Source: Mobula hypostoma
Lineage: Eukaryota
Direction of reading: 5' to 3'
Length of the DNA: 60,000 bases
Assembly: GCF_963921235.1 (NCBI RefSeq)
Contig: NC_086108.1
Span: 95,730,001 to 95,790,000 of the forward strand
A model generated the notes under the pieces. It was not told the origin of the DNA. It searched no databases and was given only the letters and a program-made list of their open reading frames with translations. Shown one piece after another: positions 26,099 through 39,399 of this stretch; positions within the stretch are counted from its first letter, which is position 1, and the number at the start of each line of letters is the position of its first letter. The position numbers and the translations under genes are program-made.

Positions 26099-26519
26099 CT
26101 GTTCAAAACCAATACAAGAAATGCATTATAGAAGCAGATCCATATCTGAATAGAAGAGATAAAAGCACAATTGTTAAAAACTGATAAGGGTCACCCTGCA
26201 GCTAACCATTATCTACCGACTGCTTGGAAAGAATTTGGTTTTCAAGAATAAAACAGGGGTCAAGGTTTATTGGGTTGATTCGCCAGAAATTGGAACTTAT
26301 GGTTGGAAGGTTTCCCAAATGGAAGAGGTGATGTGCCACCAAAGGCATGAAAAGCTATAAAAACAACTTCAAGGAACTATAGAACAGTGAAACAGAATAT
26401 TCCCAACACAAGACAAGGTTACTTGGGCTGTTGTGTTCATGCTGGACAAGAAAACGAAGAGCCCCCCCCCCCCCCCCAGTTCAATCCTTCATTAGCTCAC
26501 AGCCCTGCAGGTCACAGCT

Positions 26520-26789
26520 TTAATTTATTTATTGAGGTACAGCGTGGAACAGAGCCCAGTGAGCTATGCCACTAACTTATCAGCAATTCCCCAATTTAAT
26601 CCTAACCTAATCACGAGATGATACAGTGACCAATTAACCTACCAACAAGTACATCTTTGGACTGTGGAAGGAATCGACACACCCAAGGGAAACCCACACG
26701 GGGAGAGTGTACAGATTCCTTCCAGGCAGTGGTGGGAATTGAACCCAAGTCACCCGTATTGTAGTGCGTTGTGCTAATCACTGTGCTAC
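26520..26789 (-). mobile_element. V-SINE (HE1-like)
   Basis: gaccaattaacctaccaac, tctttggactgtgg, gggaattgaaccc. Confidence 0.75.
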
Positions 26790-26899
26790 TTTTGAAAGGC
26801 AACAAGTGATGAGCACTGAATGGCAGTTACTCAACACTGCCCAGATATTTTCTTTCCTCCTTTCCCCGATAACCATTCTACCAATTGCTTTAAAACCTA

Positions 26900-28141
26900 T
26901 AGTACTGTGCAAAAGGCCTAGGCGCATGTAAAAAAAATTCTGTAAATTGAAGATGTTTTCAAAAATAATGAAATGAAACATTTCTGAATATCAAAAAATA
27001 CTATAAAGTACAAAAAACAGTAAAAAAATAAATCAAATCAATATTTGGTGTCACCACCCTTTGCCTTTAAAACTGCATCAAATCTCTTAGGTACGCTGTT
27101 GTGCAGTTTTATAAGAAAATCGGCTGGTCGGTTGTTCCAAGCACCTTGGAGAACTTGCCAATAGTTCTTGTGCAGATTTTGGCCGTCTCACTTGCTTCTG
27201 CCTCTCCAGGTAGTCCCAGACAGTCTCAGCGATGTTGAGATCAGGGCTCCGTAGAGGCCATACCATCTGAAACCATTAAAAAAAAATCTAGGCAACACAC
27301 ACAAAATGCTGGAGGCACTCAGCAGGTCAGGCAGCATCTATGGAAAAAAGTACAGTCGACATTTCAGGCTGAGACCCTTTGGCAGGACTGGAGAAAAAAG
27401 ACGAGGAGTAGATTTAAAAGGTGGGGGAGGGGAGGGAAAAACACAAGGTATAGGTGAAAGTGGGAGGGGGAAGATGAAGTAAAAAGCTGGGAAGTTGATT
27501 GGTGAAAGAGATACAGGGCTGGAGAAGGAGTTTGATAGGAGAGGACAGAAGGCCAGGAGGAAAGAAAAGTGGGGAGGAGCACCAGAGGGAGGCGAAGGGC
27601 AGGAAAAGTGAGAGGGGGAAAAGGGGATGGGGAATGGTGAAGGGGGGGGGGAGCATTACTGAAGTTTGAGAAATCGATGTTCATGCCATCAGTTTGAAGG
27701 CTACCCAGAAGGAATATAAGGTGTTGTTCCTCCAACCTGAGTGTGGCCTCATCACGACAGTAGGAGGCCATGGATTGACATATCGGAATGGGAGTGGGAA
27801 GTGGAATTAAATGGGTGGCCACTGGAAATCCAGCCCTGTATCTCTTTCACCAATCAACTTCCCAGCTCTTTACTTCATCCCCTCCCCCTCCCAGTTTCAC
27901 CTATCATCTTATGTTTCTCTCTTTCCTCCCCCCAACTTTTAAATCCGCTCATCTTTTTTTGTCCAGTCCTGTCAAAGGGTTTCAGCCCAAAACGTCGACT
28001 GTACTATTTTCCATAGATGCTGCCTTGGCTTGCCAAGTTCCTCCAGCATTTGGTGCGTGTTGCTTGGATTTCCAGCATCTGCAGACTTTCTCTTGTTTAT
28101 GGAAAAAAAAATCTAGGGTGCTTCAGACTTCTGCAGTGTTG
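26900..28141 (-). mobile_element. Tc1/mariner internally deleted element with transposase C-terminal remnant (27038-27268)
   Basis: minus-strand VWPLRSPDLNIAETVWDYLE...KAKGGDTKY*; diverged TIRs (agtactgtgcaaaaggcctaggc / gtgcttcagacttctgcagtgttg) flanked by TA. Confidence 0.85.
27293..28102 (-). mobile_element. Penelope-like insertion with inverted pLTR, inside Tc1
   Basis: GIY-YIG C-terminal LEEQHLIFLLGSLQTDGMNIDFSNF on minus strand; 27829-28100 is an inverted copy of the 3' part; 15-bp TSD A9-TCTAGG at 27278-27292 and 28103-28117. Confidence 0.9.
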
Positions 28142-28319
28142 TAAGTCTCTTAGTTTCGAACCCTCTGTTCAAGAGAAAATGCCTCATCTTTTAAGTCTCT
28201 AATTTATCCCCTCCCCTCTCCTGCCCTGCTCCATGTAAAGAAATTCAGATTGCCCGACAATAGACTAGCCCTGGGGTAAATGAGTATCCCAGTCTCCTAT
28301 GCACAGTTCACTCTACTCT

Positions 28320-28605
28320 TCAATCAGATTCCTTCTTCTCCAGCTCTTTACCTTTTCCACCCATCACCTCCCAGCTTCTTAATTAATTCCTCTCTACAAC
28401 CTACCTGGCTTTACCCATCACTTTCTAGCTTGTACTCCTTCTCCTCCTTCTCCCACCTTCTTATTCTGACTTCTTCTTCCTTCCTTTCCAGCCCCAGATC
28501 TCAGCCCAAAACATTTATTCCTCTACATAGATGCAGCCTGACGGGCTGAGTTCCTCCAGTATTTTGTGCGTGTTGCTCTGGGTTTCCAGCATCTGCAGAA
28601 TCTCT
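28320..28605 (+). mobile_element. Penelope-like 3' fragment (hammerhead deleted/degenerate)
   Basis: ccatcacctcccagcttc, gctgagttcctccag, ttccagcatctgcagaatctctt. Confidence 0.75.
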
Positions 28606-29165
28606 TAACTGAATAAATGCTGATCTGTATCAGCAGTCAGGAGAATGAAATCAGTGCCTAAGAATATCGCATGTAGGCAACAAGAACAGACCTTTTGTCA
28701 TCCTGATGTTAACTGGAGCCAATATTGAACCGTCAGTTACACCAAGTTGCTTGTGCTGACGGTAAAACAATGCTAGGTACCGCTTTCCTGCATTAATGGA
28801 GCCAAGTACATTAGATGAAAGGACAAAGAGTTGGTGGGTGAGTATAAGTGAGAAACCTGCAGGTTTTTACAATCTTCCACTGACTGAACAGAAATGACAT
28901 ATTCTCTCTCAGTTTATAAGCTTGAAATGTAATTATATTTTTTTTAAAGAGGTGTACAGAATTTTAACAGTTTCAGACTGAAATAGTGAGATGGGAAACA
29001 GGGAGCAGCCATGATGGGAAAGACAAGTGCAGGAGGACCTGAATGCTGAAAGTAAATCCTCGGGCACCACACTCACACATGTGGTTACTTCTGCTGTCCG
29101 TGATACTCAGCTCCCACTTGACATCAGAAACCAAAACTCCACCCAAGGTCCTGGCAGCCACTTAC

Positions 29166-29461
29166 CTCCATCCACAATCGCATCCTTTTCTTGCATTTCC
29201 TCAGGAACGTCAAATATTCCTTCGGGCATATCGTCTTCTAAGAGACTGGAGGTTAACATCTCGATTTCATCTGAAGTGTCATCATCGGGAGCAGCTGGGT
29301 CTCTCCCATCCTCCATATCTTTCCCATTGCACATCTTATTTTTATCGAAGTCATCAAAGGACTGATTGTGGCCCTCTGGCAGTCTCATCCCATCCTGTTT
29401 GTTACTCAGAAGCAGCTCCTCCTCTAAATGGTTCACTTTCCCATCTGCTGTGTACACCTTC
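29166..29461 (-). CDS. BTBD8: BTBD8 internal coding exon (approx. exon 3): end of first BTB region plus acidic linker
   Basis: gttacAG|G AAG GTG TAC ... GAT GGA G|GTAAG; 296 nt; KVYTADGKVNHLEEELL... aligns to recalled human IIYSSNRNIKNYEEEIL; phase-compatible with next exon. Confidence 0.85.
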
Positions 29462-29777
29462 CTGTAACAGAACAAAAGGGAAAGTCTTTTTAAAAAACCA
29501 TAATATATCTATGTGCTGAAAAATAGGAACAACCAATATCCATCTTGCAACCAGTGGCCCAATAGCATAGTGGCTGGCATAAATATTACAGCACCAGCAA
29601 GCTGGATTCAACTCTGCCACTCCAGGACAGAGTGGAAGGCCAAGTCTACAGCATCATCAGTGCAGTAGGCTGGAAAGGGTCCAATATAGCTGGAAGGTGG
29701 GATTTTATATGAACCATTACCAGCTGCCCAAAGTACTTCATGGTTGTCGAGGCAAGGAGCTTCTACGATCTCATCGA

Positions 29778-29925
29778 GACTGTGTGGCTTCCCTCTGGTT
29801 TCCTCGCACATTCCAAAGATGTACGGGTTAGTAGGATAATTGATCACAAGGGTATAATTGTACAGCAGGGGCTCACTGGGCTAGAAGGGCCTGTTACTGT
29901 GCTGTCACTCTAAATAAAAACAAAA
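29778..29925 (+). mobile_element. V-SINE 3' part
   Basis: ggtttcctcgcacattccaaagatgtacgggttagtagg. Confidence 0.7.
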
Positions 29926-30842
29926 TAAACCATGAAGAATGCACAAAGGTCTATATGATATCAATAGTCCCCTATAATTAATAACTCTTGTAACTATTTT
30001 GTTAGATACAAATACCTGTTCTGAATCTGCTTATTTTGTGGGGAAGGGGGATTTCTGAATGTTGACTGCAGAGATTCGTACACTGCTTAGGGATAGGGAC
30101 ACTGCCTTCGGAACAGGGGATAAGGTCAGCAAGAGCTGTGCTCTCCCGTGCCGTCAGAAAGGCAAAGTGAGAGAACTCACAGAAAACTCACAGCACATTT
30201 GTGGCACCAGGGATATTTGCATATATGGCAAGGTATACAAACCATAATTGATTACAAGCCCACCTTGCACGTCAACGACAATGACACTTCCTTTTCTGAT
30301 AGGTTAAATGCCTGCTTTGCATAATTTGAAACAATTGAATGACGTGACACAGAGGAAAACCACCCCCCTCCACCCTGAGGAACAGGGATGCTGTCTGGCT
30401 GCAGCCAATGTGAGGATGACTCTAGCCAGGGTAAACCTATGCAAAGCTGCGGGGCCGGACAACATACCGGGTCAGGAGCTGAGGGATTGTGTGGCCCAAC
30501 TAACTGAGGTTTTTACAGACATTTTAACATCTCTTTACAATAGTTCACTGTCCCTGTAGCCACCGTCCTTCCAGTGCCCAGGAGAGCGACGGCAATTGGC
30601 CTAAACGATTACCGCCCTGTGGCCACACACCTCAACAATCATGAAGTTCTTTGAGCAGATGGTAATTGTTCATATAAACTCCCACCTTCCTGTGGAATCG
30701 GACCCTTTCCAGTCTGCCTGCTGCTCAAACTGATTCACCGGTGATGCCATATCCTCGGCCCTCCACTCTGTCCTGGCTCATCTTGAAAAAGCTGCCTCAT
30801 ATGCCATGATGTTGTTCACTGACTTCAGCTCGTCATTTAACA

Positions 30843-32825
30843 AAGTTCAAGAAAATCTATCGAAGTACTACTGCACATACATGGCACCATACACAACCTG
30901 AGATTCATTTTCCTCAATAAATCCAGCAACCATAATACAATCAATGAAAGCCTGAACCAGCAGAGCAGGCAACCAGCGTGCAAAAGACAACAAACGGTGC
31001 AAATACAAAATAATAAATAAGCAAACAAATAAGTAGATAAATATTGAGAACATGAGATGAAAGTGAGTTGATAGGTTGTAGGAACAGTTCAGAGGTGGGC
31101 CTAATGGTTGATGTGTAATAACTGCTCCTGAACCTGGCGGTGAGAGCCCTGAGGCTCCGATACCTTGCTCCTGATGGAAGCAGCAAGACTAGAGCCTGAC
31201 CTGATGATGGATGCTGCTTTCCTGTGACATCGCTTCATGTAAATGTACTCAGTGGTGGGGAGGGCTTTACCTGTGATGGACTGGGCTGTATCCACCACTT
31301 TTTGTTGGAAATTCTATTCAAGGGCACTGGTGTTTCCATATCAGGCTGTGATGCAGCCAGTCAATATATTCTTGACCAGACATCCATAGAAGTTTGTCAA
31401 AGTTTTAGATGTCATCCCGAACCTTCACAAACTCCTAAGGAAGTAGAGGTAATACTGTGCTTTCTTTGTAATTGCTGTTATGTGCTGGGCCCAGGACAGG
31501 TCCTCTGAAATGATAACACCGAAGACTTTAAAGTTGCTGACCTTCTCTACCTCTGATCCTCCGATGAGACTGGGTTATGGATCTCCAGTTTCCTCCTCCT
31601 GAATCAGCTCTTTGGTCTTGCTGACATTGTGTAAGAGGTTGTTGTTGTGGCACCACTCAGAAAGATTTTCAATCTCCCTTTTATGTGCTGATTCTTCACC
31701 ACCTTTGATTCGGCCAACAGAGGTGTCGTCAGTAAACATGAATATGGCATTGGAGTTCTGCCTAGCCACACAGTCATAAGTGTAAAGTGAATAGAGTAGA
31801 GGGCTAAACACACAGCCTTGTGGTTTACCTGTGCTGATGGAGATTTTGGAGATGTTGTTGCCAATCTACACTAACTGGGATCTGCAAGCGAGGAAATCAA
31901 GGGTTCAATTGCACGAGGAGGCACTGAGGCCAAGGTCTTGAAGCTTATTGATTAGTTTTGAGGAGATGATAGTATTGAATGCCAAGCTGTAGTCGATAAA
32001 GAACATCCTAACATATGGATCTTTACTATCCAGATGTTCCAGGGTTGAATGAAGAGCCTCAGAGACTGAAATCACAGGATCATCGGGGGCTGTGGGAGTT
32101 TGTGATGGTTCCTCCATCTTTTGACTGTCAACACGAGCATAGAAGGCATTGAGCTCACCTGTCGCTTGATTTCACTTTGTAAGAGGTGATAGTATTTAAG
32201 TCCGGCCACAGCTGTTGAGCATTCTTCATCGATTACAGTTTCATCTGGAATTGCCACTGCCTGTGAGATGGCTTTCCGGATATCGTACCTGACCTCCTGT
32301 AATTTTCTTGATTGCCAGACTCTAATTCCTCTGATTTGGCCCTCAGCAGACTGTGGAACTCTTGGCTCATCCAGGGCTTCTGACTGGGGAAGACTCTGAA
32401 TGATTTCGTGGAGACAAACATGTCTACAACTGTTTTTTTTAAATAAAGTCTGTGACAAATGTGGTGTAATCATTCAGATCCACAGATGAGTCCTTGAACA
32501 TGGCCCAGTCTACCAACTCCAAGTAATACCATAGCTGCTCCTCTGCCTCCTGTGACCACCTCTTTGTTGTCCTAATCCCTGTACGCAGATAGAAGGACAG
32601 CCATGGGATCAAATTTCACAAAATGCATTCCGAGCATGAAATGGTAGATAATCCTCATCTTAGAATAGCAGTGTCAAGTGTGTTAGGACCTCTGGTGTTG
32701 CAGTTAATTTGCTGATGGTAATTGAGCAAAGAGTTCTTCAAACAAGCCTGAATGAAACCCCCAACTATGATATGAAATGCGCTGGGACAGGCAGCTTCTT
32801 GTTTGGTGATGGCATCAAGCAGGTG
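30843..32825 (-). mobile_element. Rex1/Babar LINE (endonuclease C-terminus + RT, internally deleted) nested in the host Rex element
   Basis: [61 protein letters not shown]-like motif. Confidence 0.9.
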
Positions 32826-33416
32826 ACATAATCATCCCTCTGAGGCTGTCCTCATTGGGATTCAATACCCTTCTCTAACTGGATTTTGGACTTCCTGATG
32901 GAAAGACCCTGTCAGTCTGAGTTGGCAGCAATATTTCAAGCATCATAACGCTGGTGCCCCCCTGGGGCTGTACTCAGCCCGCTGTTGTCTCAAGCCTACA
33001 CTGCCAGATCCAGCTCAAACTGCATCAAGTTCGCTGATGATACAACAGACTCATCAGCAGCAATGAACCGGCATACAGAGAGGAGGCAAAGAGACTTGTC
33101 CATTTTGATACTCAGGTTGTTGTTCTTGGACCATTTTACAAGACAAAAGGGATGACTGTGGACTTCAGGAAAGTGCAGGCTGACCACTCTCCATTGCACG
33201 TCAGTGGCTCTGCCGTGGAGAGTGAAGAGCACAAAGTTCCTTGGTGTACATGCAACAGACGAATTAACCCAGACCCACGACCCACCTCAGTAGTCAAGAA
33301 AGTACAGCAATGTCTACGGTTTCTGAGGAGACTGAGGCCTGCAAAGCTCCTGCCCACATTCTAGCAACTAATACAAGAGGACCATCGAGAGTGTCCTGTC
33401 TGACTGCATCATAGTG

Positions 33417-35905
33417 TTGGGGAGGGTTTAAATGAACTTGGCAGGGGGGTGAGAACCAGAGTGACGGGACTCAGGAAAGGACGGATGGTAAAAAAGTAAA
33501 GATAGCATGCAGTCAGATTGTCAGGAAGGGCAAGCAGGTGATGGGACTTAGTTGCAGCCAACAGGCTGAGTATCAAATCATTAGGAATGCAGAGTCAGAA
33601 AGGACAGCAAATATGGTACTCAAGGTATTGTATCTAAATGCGTGTAGTATAAGAAATAAGGTGGATGATCTTGTTGCAATATTACAGATTGCCAGGTATG
33701 ATGTTATGGCTGTCACTGAGTCGTGGCTGAAGGCTGGTTGTAGTTGGCAGCTGAATGTCCAAGGTTACACATTATATCAGAGGGATTAGGAAGGTAGGCA
33801 GAGGGGGTGATGTGGTTCTACTGGCAAAGAATGGCATCAAATCAGTAGAAAGACGTGACATAGGATTGGAAGATGTTGAGTTCAGAAACTGCAAGGGTAA
33901 AAGGACATTATTGGCAGTTATATACAGGCCTCCCAACAGTGGCTGGGAGGTGGACCACAGGTTACAGCAGGAAATAAAAAAAAGTGAGTCAAAAGGGCAA
34001 TGTTATGGTAGTCATCGGAGATTTTAACATGCAGGTCGCTTGGGAAAATCAGTTTGGTTTTCAGACCTGGATCTCAAGAGAGTGAGTTTGTTGAATGCCT
34101 AAGAGATAGCTTTTTAGAGCAGTTTCTCATTGAGCCTACGCGGGGATCAGCTATACTGGATTGGGTGTTATGTAATGAACCGGAGGCGATTAGGGTAAAA
34201 GAACCCTTTGGATCCAGAGATCACAATACGATTGTGTTCAACTTGAAATTGGATAGGGAGAAAGTAAAGTCTGATGTTGGAATTTCAGTGGAGTAAGGGA
34301 AGTTACAGTGGTATGAGAGAGGAGCTGGCCAAAGTAAATTGGAAGGAGCTACTGGCCGGGATGTCAGCAGAGCAGCAATGGCGCGCATTTCTGGGAAAAA
34401 TGAGGAAGGTGCAGGACGTGTGTATTCCAAAAATGAAGAAATACTCAAACGGTAAAATAGTACAACCGTGGCTGACAAGGGAAGTTAAAGCTATTATAAA
34501 AGCAAAAGAAAGGGCATACAACAGAGCAAAAATTAGTATGAAGAGAGAGGATGGGGAAGTTTTTAAAAACTTACAGAGAGCAACTAGAAAAATCATGAGA
34601 AGGGAAAAAATGAAATATGAAGGCAAGCTAGCAAATAATATCAAAGTGGATAGTTAAGGAGAAATAATAAAGGACAAAGAGATGGTTGATGAACTAAATG
34701 AGTATTTTGTGTCATTCTTCAATGTGGAAGATACTAGCAGTATGCCTGATATTGTAATGTGTGAAGGAAGAGAAGTGGGTACAGTTACAAGAGAGAAGGT
34801 GCTCAAAAAGTTGAAAAACCTAAAGATACACAAGTCACCCGGACCAGATGAACTGCACCCTAGGGTTCTGAAAGAGGTGGCATTAGAAATGATCTTTCAA
34901 AAATCACTGGACTCTGGCATGGTGCCAGAGGACTGGAAAATTGCAAACACTACTCCACTCTTTAGACGGCTTTGTTGCCAAGTTTGCCAATGATAAAGAC
35001 TGGTGGAGGGGCAGGCAATGTTGAGGAAATAGGTAAGATGCAGAAGGACTTAGACAGATGAGGAGATTGTATTTGCCACTTTGTTGCCCAATGTTGGAAA
35101 ATGCATGGTCATGTACCTTGGTAGTAGAAATAAATGTGCGCACTGTTTTCTAAACGGGGAGAAAATCCAGGAATCTGAGATGCAAAGGGACTTGGGAGAC
35201 CTTGTGCAGAACACCCTGAAGGTTAACTTGCAGGTTGAGTCGGTGGTGAGGAAGGCAAATGCCATGTTAGCATTCATTTCAAGAGGTCTAGAATACAAGA
35301 GCAAGGATGTGATGCTGAGGCTTTATGAGGCACTGGTGAGGCCTCACCTTGAGTATTGTGAACAGTTTTGGGCCCCTCATCTTAGAAAAGATGTGCTGGC
35401 ATTGGAAAGAATCCAGAGGAGGTTCATAAGGATGATTCCAAGAACGAAAGGGTTATCATCTGAGGGATGTTTGATGGCTCTGGGTCTGCACTCGCTGGAA
35501 TTCAGAAGGATTAGTGGTGATCTCATTGAAACCTTTTGAATGTTGAAAGGCCCAGACAGAGTAGATGTGGAAAGGATGTTTCCCATGGTGGGAGAGTCCA
35601 GGACAAGAGAGCAAAGCCTCAGGATGGAGGGGCACCCTTTCAAAACAGAGATGTAGAGAAATTTCTTTAGCCAAAGGATGGTGAATTTGTGGGATTTATT
35701 GCCACATGCAGCTGTGGAGGCCAGGTCATTGGATGTATTTAAGGTAGAGATTGATAGGTTCTTGATTGGACATGGCATCAAAGGTTACTGGGAGAAGGCC
35801 AGGATCTGGGGTTGGGGAGGAGATAGAAAAAAGGATCAGCCATGATTGAATGGCGGAGCAAACTCAATGGGCCAGATGGTTTAATTCTGCTCCTATGTCT
35901 TATGG
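33417..35905 (+). mobile_element. CR1 LINE: end of ORF1 + decayed ORF2 (APE endonuclease, RT with internal deletion near 34963) + 3' UTR
   Basis: YLNACSIRNK, AVTESWL, IYRPPNS, GDFN, KSPGPDELHPRVLKE, LYEALVRPHLEYC. Confidence 0.93.
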
Positions 35906-36765
35906 TATGGAAACTAACCCCACAGAGAATAGGTAAAAACCACCAAAATCACCAGAGTCTCCTCCACTAACTCCATTTGTGACATTTACCAGGAGCATTG
36001 TAGAGTAAGGACCTGAAGCATTGCTGAGGATCCCTACCACCCATCTTACAATCTCTTTGACCCACTACCATCAGCAAGGAGGCACAGGAGCATCAGGACT
36101 AGGACTGTCAGACTGGGTAACAGCTTCTCCCCTCAAGCTGTGAGACTAATGAATTCCCTGCCACCACCAAGGTCTCATCACTCCGACAACGAGCTGTTTA
36201 CCTGTGCTGCACACTATGTGCATTTTGAATTGTATTTGATTTACTTATTTGTGGTAATATTTTGTTTTATTTGCTGTGTGTGCTATACGTATTGTGGGTG
36301 CACTGTGATCCAAAGGAACATTACTTGGTTTAGTTGTATTTAAGTACAGTCAGATGACAATGAACTTGAACATATTGGAATAAAAAGGAGCTGATAAAGC
36401 ACACACAAGATAATAGCCATAATAATTCTTAGGAGCCTGTACTTCCTTAGGAAACTGCAAAGATTTGTCATGACATCTAAAATTTTGGCAAACGTCTATA
36501 GATGTGTAGTGGAGAATATATTGACTGGCTGCATCACGGCCTGTTATGGAACCATCAATGTCCTTGAATGGAAAATCCTACAGAAGGTAGTGGATTCAGC
36601 CCAGTACATCACAGGTAAAGCCCTCCTAACCATTAAGCACATGAAACGCTGATGTAGGAAAGCAGCATCCATCAGAGATCCCCACTACTCAGGCCATGCT
36701 CTTTTCTCACTGCTGCCATCAGGTAGAAGGTACAAGAGCCTCAGGACTTGCACCACCAGGTTTAA

Positions 36766-37882
36766 ACATAGAAACATAGAAAATAGGTGCAGGAGTAGGC
36801 CATTCGGCCCTTTCAGCCTGCGCCGCCATTCAGTATGATCGTGGCTTATCATCCAACTCAGAACCCTGTACCTGCCTTCTCTCTATACCCCCGATCCCTT
36901 TAGCCACAAGGGCTATATCTAACTTCCTCCTAAATATAGCCAATGAACTGGCCTCAACTGTTTCCTGTGGCAGAGAATTCCACAGATTCACCACTCTCTG
37001 TGTGAAGAAGCTTTTCCTCATCTCAGTCCTAAAAGGCTTCCCCTTTATCCTCAAACTGTGACCCCTCGTTCTGGACTTCCCCAACATCGGGAACAATCTT
37101 CCTGCATCTAGCCTGTCCAATCCCTTTAGGATTTTATACGTTTCAATAAGATCCCCCCTCAATCTTCTAAATTCCAGCGGGCATAAGCCTAGTCAATCTA
37201 GTCTTTCATCATATGAAAGTCCTGCCATCCCAGGAATCAATCTGGTGAACCTTCTTTGTACTCCTTCTATGGCAGGAATGCCTTTCCTCAGATTAGGGGA
37301 CCAAAACTACACACAATACTCCAGGTGTGGTCTCACCAAGGCCTTGTACAACTGCAGTAGAACCTCCCTGCTCCTGTACTCGAATCCTCTTGCTATGAAT
37401 GCCAGCATACCATTCGCCTTTTTCACCACCTGCTGTACCTCCCTGCCCACTTTCAATGACTGGTGTATAATGACACCCAGGTCTCGTTGCATCTCCCCTT
37501 TTCCTAATCAGCCACCATTCAGATAATGATCTGTTTTCCTGTTCTTGCCACCAAACTGGATAACCTCATATTTATCCACATTCAACTGCATCTGCCATGA
37601 ATTTGCCCACTCACCTAACCTATCCAAGTCACCCTGTATCCTCTTAGCATCCTCCTCACAGCTAACACTGACGCCCAGCTTCGTGTCATCCGCAAACTTG
37701 GAGATGCTGCATTTAATTCCTTCATTTAAGTCATTAATATATATTGTAAACAACTGGCGTCCCAGCACTGAGCCTTGCGGTACCCCACTAGTCACTGCCT
37801 GCCATTCTGAAAAGGTCCCGTTTATTCCCACTCTTTGCTTCCTGTCTGCCAACCAATTCTCTATCCACATCAATACCATACT
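36766..37882 (-). mobile_element. CR1 3' fragment (RT core to tail)
   Basis: VTSGVPQGSVLG, ISKFADDTKLG, LYKALVRPHLEYC; (acatagaa)n tail; short TSD gtttaa 36760-36765/37883-37888. Confidence 0.93.
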
Positions 37883-37980
37883 GTTTAAGAACAGTTACTA
37901 CCCCTCAACAATCAGGTTTTTGAATAAAAGGGGTTAACGACACTCACTTGCCCCATCATCAAAGTGTTCCCACAACCAAC

Positions 37981-38125
37981 GATCTCAGTTTAAGGGCTAT
38001 TTCTTTATCTCATGTTCTGGTTATTTATTGCTATTTATTCCTATTTGCATTAATGATCTCACTTTAAGGGCTATTTCTTTAACTCATGTTCTGGTTATTT
38101 ATTGCTATTTATTCATATTTGCATT
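37981..38125. repeat. approx. 74-bp tandem duplication in Rex 3' UTR
   Basis: gatctca(g/c)tttaagggctatttcttta...catgttctggttatttattgctatttattc at 37981 and 38055. Confidence 0.9.
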
Positions 38126-39399
38126 TGCACAGTTTGTTGGTGCTGAAAGTATGGTGACACGAGCAGGCACGTTCCTGGACTGTGTTGGTCGTTCACACAA
38201 ACAACTTATTTCACTGTATGTTTTAACGCTAGTTACGTGTGACAAATAAATCTAATTATAATAAATAATAAGCGATACAGATAGTGACTGGACTTTCCTC
38301 CCAATCATTATAAATACCGAAGTCAGTAGAAATGAAAAACGTTTAGCAAGACATCGTAGCAATTAAAAATGGATTTAGTTAAGTTTTAAGAATGGATGAG
38401 ATCTTCTTAACCACAGCATTTCTTTACACAGTCTGCTTCCCACAATTTAATTTATATTTTTACAATTATACAGAAAGGCCAGTAAATTGCAAGTAACCTG
38501 CGGTTCTGAAAAAAGCTTACATGTACAATTGGTTCTTCAATACGCATGCAATTCTCTGTCCCTGCTTTCCCCATGTCAGCTTACAAAGCAGCAATTTAAA
38601 TACTAATTTCATACAATGCATGTTTTTCAGTAGCTCACCTTAGATTTTGTTTTGCCAGCTTAACCACTAATTTATGTCCCATCATCAAGCTCCCTACAGA
38701 TTTACAAACCTGCAAATAGCAGTAACCAATCATCTTTGGAATAAATAATTTCCAATTTATTTAGCAGTATAGTTCCCTCCCCCCCACCACTCACTCAAGC
38801 CAACTTCATACAGGGCTCTATAAACACCAAGCAACCACCATGGATCTCCCACTGGAGATATGAAAGAACAGCATTCAATCAAAAAGTCTGTAATTTAATG
38901 TATCAAGGAACATAATTCACTAAGTATTTACCCAGTGGGAAAACAAAATAATCCTTCTTGCAATGAGCTGTTGAGGTATCATTAATTACTTCCACTCAAT
39001 TGCTAGGTTTACTCACATCATCAGTTTGTATCAGAGTTTAAGCACAAGTTGTTATAGTCACATTGGGGGACGGAGAAACTGAGATGACACCAGCAGATCA
39101 TGTTTACATCTTAGGGAAAATAAAATACAGATCTAAACCCCGACCTGGATCGGAGCGAGATGTTGGGTTTACTAGAATGATTACAGGAGGTGGTGAGTGG
39201 ATTCATTAGACATTTCAATCATCAAAAACTGAGCCACAGTAGATAGGAAAAGTACGGGAAGAGAGCAGGAACGTGGCACTGCGATTCAGAACGTGTCGTA
39301 GTTATACTGAACACCGCTCAAAGCAAAAATAGCTCATGCTGTTTTTCCACGTTTCTATTGGGGAAAGATCTAAGAAGCAGAGCTCATCGAATAAAGATG

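Larger units (their letters stand above)
30050..36371 (+). mobile_element. Host Rex1/Babar LINE in three pieces (30050-30842, 32826-33416, 35903-36371)
   Basis: KAAGPDNIPG, LNDYRPVA, LFTDFSSSFN | NWILDFL, KFADDT, MTVDFRK | WYGN...3' tail tgacaatgaacttgaac; pieces colinear. Confidence 0.85.
36435..38135 (+). mobile_element. Rex1/Babar 3' fragment (36435-36765, 37883-38135) split by CR1
   Basis: YRCVVENILTGCITACYG, LQKVVDSAQYITG; resumes gaacagttactacccctcaac. Confidence 0.85.

Noticed and set aside
29027..29519. Overlapping 112-aa and 158-aa plus-strand ORFs
   Set aside because: Antisense to the BTBD8 acidic exon; no independent coding signal
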